Below are positions 53,547-64,000 of a DNA stretch of 64,000 nucleotides, piece by piece. The notes under the pieces were generated by a model. The model searched no databases. It saw only the letters and a program-made list of their open reading frames with translations, and was not told where the DNA came from. Numbering within the stretch: position 1 is the first letter of the stretch; each line of letters starts with the position of its first letter. The stretch lies in assembly GCA_964016885.1 (NCBI GenBank), contig OZ024743.1, positions 153,636,001 to 153,700,000 of the forward strand, given 5' to 3'. The position numbers and the translations under genes were made by a program. The stretch is from Eledone cirrhosa (Eukaryota).

Positions 53547-55392
53547 TATAGTCATGTCTTAATTCCAAATAGGGATGAATATTTTTCTATATTTCGCCAA
53601 AAGGAAAATTTTGATTTAGTTATAGACATCTAATTTACTTTTTTTCTTTGGTACTGATCTCTGTAACGTCGGATATTCTTTTGATAATTCAACATCACTG
53701 TTTACTAATTGCTTCAATTCAAAGTGTGTAAATAACATTTAGCTCCTTTTAAATAAAAGGCAGATCTGGAAAATCATAATTCACCATCATAGAAATTTCC
53801 TTTGTTGAAGAATATATATTTCTATCCCGAAGACATTCTAGGATAGTATAAAACCTAAAGATGGTTTTCTAATGAAAGTGAAGATCAATTTGTAAGGCTG
53901 AATGTATGACATTTGTTTTTCCCCCTGGGACAACAAAACACATTAAAGGAAATAGAAGAGAAAGTAAAGGAAAGAGTTTAAAATGATATGCTATATGGGT
54001 ACTAGAGATATTTGTGAAAGTATACCCACATCTTTTAGATATGTATTGCAATACTGATTAAAAAGAAAACAGAATATTTGCAATGGATAGGAAGGAATGG
54101 CTGTTAATAGTATATGTGTTGTATGAAAGAACCTAAGATTATTTATATTCCCTGTGGCTTTGCCAGCTTCTCATCATCTCAAACATTATGGATTGAGGCA
54201 AAACATGACATCAGTACCCAAAATTAATATTATGTTCTGGAATCACTACCTAAAAATAATTACTAACTTAACAAGTGATATTTCTTTCTTTCTTATTTTT
54301 TTAGTTAAAATAACATAGAACTTTGTTACCAATTATAGATATAGGCTTCAAGATTCACTAAGATTTAACATCTTTCATTCTCTGGAATCTTCCATATCTC
54401 TCTCTAGTTCTCTGCCTCTCCTAATTTCTCTATGGCTCATTATATTTTGATGCAATATTATTTCTGGTCACTTCTGAATTCCTGTAACCTGTGGGCTTGT
54501 CAAAATCACAGATTGTTCATACAGGAGAACCAGTTATATTATGATGCCTTTAAGCTCAACAACAGACATTTTCTTATCGCTTCCTTCTTAACAAGGAAAG
54601 AAATTCTGAGAAAGTATATATCTCAGTCACTTTTTTAATAGGTGTGTGTAAATATATACTCTATATTTTCTGTCTGCACATATACAGAAACAGAGAAACA
54701 AACCCATAGACACATGAATATCAAAATTTTGTTGCAAGAAAGTTTTGCAGCACACTTTTTAACAGTATACGCAGTGGTGGACTGGGTCTAAAAATATTCA
54801 TTGCCAGGAGATAAAGGGGCCCACCCACATATAGAATGCTATCTTTTAAATTTTATAATAAATAAATAACATTTTCAAAAAATACGTAAGTGGAAACAAA
54901 ACAGTACAATCCAATTTTTGCGAAAAAAAAATGTATCCTTTACTAATTATAGTGTATATATACTATATATATTACTGGCAGTATTCAGAAATACTAAATG
55001 TTAATACAGAATGTTATAATTGAATTTTTAAATAATTGTGAATTATTTAAATACTGTATATATAATGTATATATACAGTATATATTTAGTCATGTATGTA
55101 AGGATCGTTCTTAACTTCTTCAATAAAAAATATAAAGTACCTTGCAAAATATACACATCCAGATACTTTCAATAGTGACTTTTGGTCTTTCAAACTCACT
55201 CAATATATATATGGGAGTGTGTGTATGTGTGTACATGTACATGTGTATATATAAATTTATATATATGTATACATACATGATTTCAACTTGGAAACTCATT
55301 CTCCATAGGGACATTAAACTGAAGAATTGACCAATAATTGATTTTACATATGTCTTTAAGCCATAATATCAAATATTATTTAGCCAGCAGCT

Positions 55393-55578
55393 GGCGGTTG
55401 ATTGGCAGTATTGGTAGAGGGTCGGACGCCATGCTTTGACGCATAGAGTTACGGCCCTTGCTATTCTGAGATCAAATCCCACCGAGGTTAAATTTGCCTT
55501 TCATCCTTACGGGGTCGATAAATTAAAGTACCAGTAATACACTGGATAATTGCTGGCCTTGTGCCTAACGTAGAAACA
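55393..55578 (+). mobile_element. Meta-domain tRNA SINE with imperfect TSD
   Basis: ATTATTT..(A/G)GCCAGCAGCT duplicated on both sides. Confidence 0.88.
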
Positions 55579-55639
55579 ATTATTTGGCCAGCAGCTCTTG
55601 TGTATGTGTACGTATATATATGTATATATATGTATATAT

Positions 55640-56790
55640 GGTTGAAATTATCGAAGGCAAGTGCCTACAAAAATGGAACGTCCCACTGCGGACTATGCAA
55701 TATGGAGCTGCTCCATATTTTAAAATATAATAAAATGCTGTTTAACAACAAGATAGAGCGAACAATCTTCTGTAGGCACAAAGCAGCCACCAAATGCTCC
55801 AACTTCAAACCGCAACCGACATGATTCGATCCAGCAATCTCGGTATTCAGTCAGAACCACCCGGATTTAAATGTACTAACATCACACCACTCCACAGTTA
55901 TTAGCTGTCAACTGGCCAACTGGTCATTAAATCAACATCATGAATCCTCCAACCTTTCTTTCCCTTTCTCTCTCTAGTCGCACCACCTCCATTAAGATAA
56001 AGCAATCAATCTACCAGACCTTAATCAGCTATATATCATTAATGTCCTTTTCACTTCTTATTTTCTATTTATCTATTTACTATTCCCCAATCCTGTCTCA
56101 TCCTCGAATCCTTACTCTTTATTCTCTATCTCCTGTTCTTTATCTCTTTCTCTCTTACTTTTTATTTTTTATTTCAATCCTTTAATTTTTTTTGTATTTT
56201 TTGCATTTCTATTTCGCCAATTCATGAACTCAATACACTATATTAACACGATGTCCACTCAAAATCATTTCGCCTATCATATATCATATTTCTTTTCATA
56301 TTCTTGTTATCATTACTGTCATCACTATTTTACACATCCACTTATTCGCCATTATAACTTCAACCACCAATACTACTATTATCAGTAACCATATTTTTTA
56401 CCTTTTTATCATTTAAAATTTTTTATACTTTTTTTATTATCTTTTATTATTGGTGCTATTGTTTTGATTCACTTAATTCTCTGATGTATCTATAAATACC
56501 AATGCCATGTGTTACACCCTCCATATTCCGACGATTTGATCAGAGACACACACTGTATTTAAGGTCGAGTGACGCAATTTCGAGTGTAAATAAAACCCTT
56601 TTTGTACAGCCGACCACTTATTCTTCACTCTTTCACTATTATTACTCCAAGAATAACCTACATGAGAATTCTCGCAAACTCGCTACCTAACCAAGGAAAC
56701 CTCTTGTTGAGTCAAACAATGCTGTACATTAAAACTATCCATAGTACAGAGTACTCACAACTTCTAACTGGATTACCTAAAACATTAACT
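55640..56790 (+). mobile_element. Penelope-like (probably Naiad-type) 3' fragment: GIY-YIG C-terminus plus pyrimidine-rich 3' region, between (TA)n tracts
   Basis: KASAYKNGTSHCGLCNMELLHILK...NNKIE...CRHK fits the CxLCxxE...N...CRH ending of Naiad-type endonucleases. Confidence 0.65.
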
Positions 56791-57279
56791 TGTTATCCCA
56801 TATATATATATATATGCAGAGGTTATATTTAATTAGTTGGGATGCATTGAAAAAATATTCTTTATACTAAAAAGTAAGAACTCTATTAATTTGCGAAATA
56901 ATTTATTTAGTTCTTGGAAATATCGTTTAGTCTCAACCTTTAGATATATATATAAAATGTTAATGTATATATATGGTTAATCTCCTTTACATAATGTTTT
57001 CTATATCCAACCACCTCAACCTATATGTATATATAATTCATATATATTTAATTTACTCTCTATTATCTCTACCTCATACATATACTTTATATTATTACAC
57101 TTATCAATAGATTATAACCTTTTTTTTTATATGACTACTTGAAATTCTTTTAAGGAAAACTTTCCTTGAAAAACTTTCTGAAGGTTTTAGAAAATTCTTT
57201 GAAAGATATAGAAAAACCATTATTTTTATATCTTCCAATATTTTATATCTTCAAACATTTTTAATATATGTATCCAAAT

Positions 57280-57556
57280 ATTTATATATATGTGGAATAA
57301 CATATGGCTTTTATATATAGGTTTTTTTTATATATATGTGGAATAACCTATGATTTATGTTTTAACTATATTCTTAAGATAAATTTTTTTAAATTTATAA
57401 CAAGTATGACTTCTTATAAAATAACCTATGGTTTATGTTTTAATTATATTCTTAAGATAAATTTATGACTTCTTATAAAATTACATATAGTTTATGTTTT
57501 AATTATATTCTTAAGATAACATTTTTTAACTTTATAACATCTATGACTTCTCATGA
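57280..57556. repeat. AT-rich minisatellite (~77-bp unit x3 plus ~25-bp duplication)
   Basis: TATG.TTTATGTTTTAA.TATATTCTTAAGATAA...TATGACTTCT repeated. Confidence 0.8.
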
Positions 57557-58215
57557 AAAAAAAAAAAAAAAAATGTTTTATTCGAAAAGTTTTTTATGTA
57601 TCCTTGGAGTCATTTGAGTTCTTAAAATCACTTCTAACTTCCTTTATACTTCCTTACTGTTTTTATAATATAATTAAGTAGTTATTCCTTTGTAAACTCT
57701 CGTAAATTTTCATAAATTTAGAATTATTATTAATAAATATAATTTTGCCAAACTTACTTTAATAAAATAAACTATACTAGATTTTCTCTAATGTAAAATA
57801 CTATATATTTATTTAAATACACATCTAAACTAATATATTATTACTAATACATCTTAATATAATATAAATACTTCTGTTTTAATTTTAATTTCATGGAGCC
57901 CCTTGCCATTGGGCAACCTGACCAGTCTGCCATACACTTATGATAAAGGAAACTGATTTTTATATAGAACCATGTATATATATATTCACTTATACATACA
58001 CACATTTAATATTGTTCCACAGTATAATTCTTTACAGCAATGACAAGAAATTTTGAACCTGGAAGCATATGTGTCTATGCATTCAATTTATGCCACACTA
58101 TTCTCTGAACTCATCTTTATATCTTACTAATAGGGCACAAGGGAGCTAATAAGTCATTATTCAACTCATTAAAAAAATAACTAAATCTACTTTTTAGAAG
58201 AATATGGAACAATAT

Positions 58216-58590
58216 GGAGGCACATGGCTTAGTGGTAAGAACATTGGCCTTGCAATCGAAAGGTTGTGAGTTCAATTCTCAGACCGGGTGATGTGTTGTT
58301 TCCTTGAGCAAGACACTTTATTTCACATTGCTCCAGTTTACTCAGCTGTAGAAATGACATGATAGGGACTGGGGTCCATCTCATTCCTCTGCAAAGTGGT
58401 TGTGGAGGTGCCACGGCAAAAAAGCACCTAGTCCACACTGTAAAGTGGACGTGTAGGCGCCATGGCAAAAAAGCAGCCAGCACTCACTGTAAACGAAGTT
58501 GGTGTTAGGAAGGGCATCCATCTGTAGAAATCAAGCCAGAATCAGTTCCCGTCCCACCCTTGCAAGCAGGGAAAAGTGGATGTAAAATGA
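58216..58590 (+). mobile_element. tRNA/CORE SINE head joined to RTE-derived module and tail
   Basis: A/B boxes, CCTTGAGCAAGACACTT, then 45-bp repeats, AGGAAGGGCATCC, CCCTTGCAAGCAGGGAAAAG tail. Confidence 0.8.
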
Positions 58591-58884
58591 AATTAAATGA
58601 AATGAATGTGGAATAACATGGTGCAAGATTAAAAAATATGGCCCTGGCTCATGTAAAATTGGTGACAGGCTTACATTAGATGTGTCATGTAGGTTTCATT
58701 GAAGTAGATATAGGCCTAGATCAGGAAAAAATGGTGACTCCACTTCAAATTGTTCATTAAGCATTTTAAGTAATTATAGCTAAATAAACATACATGATTT
58801 AGGAATAGGTATGTGTTATGTATCAATTTATCTGCAGAACAGAATAAAGGAAGTAAAATAATAAAGTAATTATTTACAAATCAC

Positions 58885-59220
58885 CCCAGCCCATATTTGG
58901 TGACACAACAAAAAAGCACCCAGTCCAAACTTTGTGACATGAAAAATGTGCCCAGCCTACACTGTAAAGTGGTCATTTTGGTGACGTGACAAAACCTGCT
59001 CAGTCCATACTGTAGGGTGGTCATACTGGAGTCCTGACAATATGTGCCCAGTCCACACTGTAAATGTGGCTTTTGTTAGGAAGAACATATAGCCATACAA
59101 ACCAAGACAGAAACAGTTCTGTATGAGACAGAAAAGGTTATTTGATCTAACTTGTCTCATGATGGGAAAACTTATCTAACCCATGCTAGCATGGAAAAAA
59201 ATGGCCATTAAATGATGATA
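58885..59220 (+). mobile_element. RTE-dependent non-autonomous element
   Basis: CACTGTAAAGTGG repeats and CCCATGCTAGCATGG tail. Confidence 0.7.
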
Positions 59221-61694
59221 AACCTTTGAATCTAAAAGTGGGGAGTAGGCTCCTTCAAATGCATAGGACAATATCAACTGGGTCACTTTCATTTCTATTT
59301 TGTTTATGGCTAGATGCATTTAATCTAAAGTTGACTATATCAATGTTAAATTTGTGTTAGAAATTCAACTAGAGGAATAACAATCAATTTTACTAAAATA
59401 AAATTCAAACATGACAAATTAGGCTGTAGCAATTTGTATATTTAAATTATATATATATGATACAACAGTGTATATATTGATTATATACACTGCATAGTAG
59501 ATTTGTAACTTGACCATATTTAGCTTTATTTTATTTTTTTATTTTTTTACATTCATACATAAAAACATGGGAATATTCATACAAATGCACACATATATAC
59601 ACACATGTAGAGATACAAACATCTAAACATTTATACACACATCCATACACACATGCATGCAGACACACACATATATGCACATACATGCATAGACACAAGC
59701 AGATTTAATATCTACACACATGCAGATGTACATCTACATACAAACACAAATATCCATATTTATGATAATGACTGATTCTCCACTGGTTTTAACAATGAAC
59801 ATTCTGTTGTTTGATTATCTGAACTACCATCTCATTACATTAATGTGTAAGTGACTGAGTAATCTAGAGAATTGTATGTTTTTAATGTAATTCTCAGGCT
59901 AAATTAGCATGACACAATGTATGACAAGGCTTAAATATTTGATTTACAGGCACAATTATTCCAATGGGCTTTGAGACTGATTCTGTCAAATCAATTTCAT
60001 TCACAAAGCTTAAGTCAACCGAAAGCTATGGTGAAATATGAAATCAAACCTGGCAACTCATGAAGGCAAAGTAAATTTCCTCACCACTTGGCCATACACA
60101 CACATGTAGATGTGTATGTGTCTATTTGTGTGTATACATGTGTGTGTATGAATGTAACTAAGACCTTCAATTGCTTTGAACTTAAAAATCTACATCAATC
60201 CAATGCTATCCACAAACTTAAACAAACACAGTCAATGAATTCAACCCCTCACCAGACATATACTTCCAAAGAAAAAAATCAAAATCAAACACATTCTTCA
60301 AAACCACACCCAAAACATCCTGGTAATCCAATAACCAGCCTGCACCAATTACTGCTATAGGGTAATTGGGTTCATCAGGCTGCAGCAGTCATATTACAGA
60401 GTTTCACTATTACTCTATGGCAACTACTTTCCTATAGTGTCAATGGTAATGCACCCACACATAATCAGTATTACCATCAGAAACGTTCTCTGGTCATATA
60501 GGCTGAGCAAACCTGATCCATTCACTGAAATAAACCATATACTCAATAACCAGAGTCCTAACTGACCAAATTAAAACTCCAAAATCTTCAATTAGCTTAA
60601 TCCAAAACCTATCCTGCATAACCAACATATAAATCCTGTAATTACTAATTAACCTAATCCAACCATTATCCTGCATAATGAAGTGATAAACCTAAACAAG
60701 CAGACCCAGGCATTATATAGCCATTTAACACTATATAGAATCTCATTCTAAACAATACAAAACAACCTGCTCCTCTAACACAGCATAGAAAAAAAACCAC
60801 ATGTTAACTATAAACAGGATTTCAAACCAAGAAACTAGATTAAAGCAAACCCAAATAATGTCAAACAATAATCTTAAACAAAACTCGAATCAGAAATTCA
60901 TTGCAATCCAAACAGTACAAAAATATATAAATTAATTGAAAAAGTATAATAGATAACACATAATTAAATAGTTTTAATAAAATTATTCAAATATCATCTG
61001 ACCCTAATTACCTCATACTAGTTTCTGTCCAAAGAAGAATCAAGCATGTAAAATTATAAAAGCATCGGTTTGATAACTACATATTGTGATAAGTGCAACT
61101 GGCTGAAATCAGATACACTAACTTTAAACTCTACCAGCAAGTGAGCATACTTTAAACAGCCCAATTTTCTCCTCATTCTATACAGGTCATGCAACATTCC
61201 TAGACATAAAATATTATGGGTAAACATAAGATATATAGCCAAAGTCACACGTCTTGAGGGAATCCCACCCATGACATGCATACAACCACGTGCCTCTAAT
61301 GAAATGAATTGATGAATAAAATAAAATGACAAACATAAACAAATGTTTATTAATCCAATGCTGCCTATGAATTCGAGGAAATGCAATCCCCACCACCTCA
61401 CACCACTATAGCCACATAGACTAATTAAAAGACATCTGAACAAATGTGTTATAACTACTAACTCCATCTTTATTGCAATACAAACTACTACTTCTAATAC
61501 GATTGTTATGAGTTGATGTTGTTCTGTATGGCAAATAGAATATGGAGTTGGAAAATTCCTAATGATGAATATGAACCAACCATCCTCCTCTGGGCAACCA
61601 AATACTCTCCTTTATTTCAGGCATGGAAAACAAACACCAACTCATCTTTCCAAGTTTTAAACTTCTCCCTCCCACTTCTCCAGTTAACTCCATA

Positions 61695-62980
61695 ACTTCA
61701 GAGCTGGCACCATCAACATAGGCATGATGAAAAGCAAATCTGGAGAGCTTACAGATATGCTTGAATAAAAGAAAATTGATGTGTGATGTGTACAAAGGAC
61801 TAGAATGAGGGGAATCTCAGCTAGATTTCTCTTGGGCAAAAGATGATGCTACAAATTTTTCTGGGTGGGAAATGACAACAGGCTAGGTGGAGTAGGGATT
61901 TTGGTAGCAGAAAAATGGGCAGATAAAGACATTGCTGTAAATAGAATAAATTACAGAATAATTAAACTTAGATTTGTACTAAATAGAGCAACCATGACAA
62001 TTATATCTTTATATGCATCTCAATCTGAACTGTCAGATGTACTAAAAGACAGGTTCTATGAGTCCCTAATGCCCATACCTCCCAAATAAGTGACATTGAC
62101 CTCATAGTCATTGCAGGTGACTTTAATCAGCATGCCAAGCAACACTGCAATGGCTTTGACAAAATTGGTGCTAGAAATGAGGAAGGTTTTAGGCTCCTGG
62201 AATTATTCAGTGCTAATGACCAATCTATCTGTAACACAAAATGGCTGTAAAAGTCAGGAGTAGTACAGTAAATAAGGCAAGGCAATCAAGTATATAAACA
62301 CAGGCAAGGCAGCTGGAGCTTCGGGGATAGTTGTCGAGATGCTGAAAGCATCTGGAATGGTGGATCACACAATAGTCACCCGTATTGTAAACCAAGTAAT
62401 ACAAAATGGTGTCATACTCAATGACTGGCATAGCAGCAGCATCGTCAACTGCTACACGGGCAAAGGAGATGCTCTAGACAAAAAAAAAAAACTATAGAGG
62501 CGTTAAGTTGGTTGACTAGGTTATGAAGGTCACAGAAAGAGTTATAACACAGGTGATTATGGATGAAGTTAACGTAGATGAGATGCAGTTTAGATTTGTG
62601 TAAGGCAAAAATACGAAAAATGCCCTCTTCCTTGTAAGGCAATTGCAGGAGAAATATCTAGCTAAAGGTAAACCACTTTACTTGGCATTTGTTGACCTGG
62701 AGAAAGCTTTTGACAAAGTCCACCATTCCATTATACCATGGGGTCTTAGAAAACTAGGAGTACATGAGCGGCTTGTGAGGGGAGTAAAATCCATGTATAG
62801 AGATACATTTAGCAAGGTCAGAAGTAACAATAACAATAATGATGAATTTAGTATGCAGGTTGGTGTCCATCAGGACTCAATACTTATTCCCCTCCTGTTT
62901 ATTATCATCCTGCAGGCTATAACAGAGGTCTTTAAGATTGGCTGCCTATGGGACCTCCTGTATGCTGATGACCTAACCCT
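61695..62980 (+). mobile_element. Degenerate RTE LINE (APE and RT fragments, internal deletion)
   Basis: GNDNRLGGVGILVAEKW, YLAFVDLEKAFD, LLYADDL. Confidence 0.88.
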
Positions 62981-63221
62981 GAAAAACATGTCTTTCTGGC
63001 AAAACAACAACCAAACTGCAACAGTTACTGTGATGGAATACTCCTGGTCTCTCTGCCACATACACACATATATAGATAGATCAATATATATATATATATA
63101 TAGAGAGAGAGAAATTTCTTTATTAGCCACAACGGCACAAAAGAAGGGGACAAATACAAATGGGGTGTTTACATACAGGTATATGAAAATAAAACTATTA
63201 ATAAAATAACAAATAATAAAT

Positions 63222-63222
63222 A

Positions 63223-63260
<38 letters not shown>
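63222..63260. repeat. (GATA)n microsatellite
   Basis: Direct inspection. Confidence 0.95.
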
Positions 63261-64000
63261 TGACTGTTTGTTTGAGTGATAAATAAAAGATAGGTAGATA
63301 CTTTGTACATTAAATTACTTTATGAGAAGTAAGATGTCACTATGTTTGAAGTGCTGAGAGGTTAACCCATGTATAGTCAGAGATGAAAGATGTGGAAGAA
63401 AAGTTTAGAACATTGCAATGAAATAAGAAAAGATTCAAGTTAGGAATAACTAAAACAGGAGAAGAACCGATTGTTAGATCAGAACTAAGGAATCAATGTT
63501 TCAGTTAGTCTTTCCATTGCTGATACTATCTGCTGTTTGCAACTCTTGGCACAAGGATTAAATGGTAAATAAAGTATTTTCCTCAAGAACCAGATATGCC
63601 ACATGGCACAAACAAATTACAACAAATAGACAAAGCTCTATACAGAATGGAAACTGAGAAAAGCAGGTTTATGAAGTCAAGGAAGATATAAATAAACAAT
63701 ACACACATAAGTAAATGAAGCCTATAATGTGGTTATGCTCTGCATCTCTGTGTGCATGAATATACATTCACACATGTACATACAGTGAATAAGAAAATTG
63801 CAACTGAAGGTAAAAGTGAGGAATGGTGTGAAACAAATATTAGATTTATGAGCAATATAAAGAGAGTCTGCAGAGTTAAAGCTACCTAAAACGTTATTTA
63901 TTGTTTTAGCAATATGCAAACACTACCCAAATTAAAGAAACAAAAGAAACAAAAGACACTTACATTAAAAAATAAAATCAAGCAAACAAATAAAAGTATA

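Larger units (their letters stand above)
54772..57933. mobile_element. Possible hAT-like non-autonomous DNA transposon with nested insertions
   Basis: Degenerate TIRs CAGTGGTGGACTGG and CCAGTCTGCCA with subterminal GGGGCCC/GGAGCCCC; no clear TSD. Confidence 0.45.

Noticed and set aside
58216-58290. tRNA-like sequences (also 7470-7545 and Meta SINE heads)
   Set aside because: A/B boxes are followed by SINE bodies; no convincing cloverleaf.

Overview
AT-rich, repeat-saturated eukaryotic DNA with no host gene that I can support. The SINE/LINE complement and microsatellite load suggest an octopod cephalopod intron or intergenic region; this is an inference. Contents: a pogo/Tigger DNA transposon, three Helitrons, many RTE-clade LINE copies (two near full length), a CR1-like LINE, an R4-like LINE remnant, tRNA-derived Meta- and CORE-type SINEs with target-site duplications, and Penelope-like (GIY-YIG, including probable Naiad-type) fragments. 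Nearly all ORF-track ORFs are transposon fragments or microsatellite artefacts. The main unexplained signal is a dense set of hammerhead ribozyme (HHR) motifs: about 13 recognisable copies in at least 6 sequence families, plus weaker candidates. Most lie in short non-coding modules embedded in (TA)n microsatellites, carry fold-back or partial-tandem ends, and often have AATAAA just after the cleavage site. Two families show compensatory base-pair changes between copies. Also notable: a Penelope-bracketed copy of flanking DNA from a locus about 25 kb away, two twin-priming-type LINE inversions, and an RTE module found at both 5' and 3' ends of LINEs. All RNA folds were derived by eye and all coordinates counted by hand.
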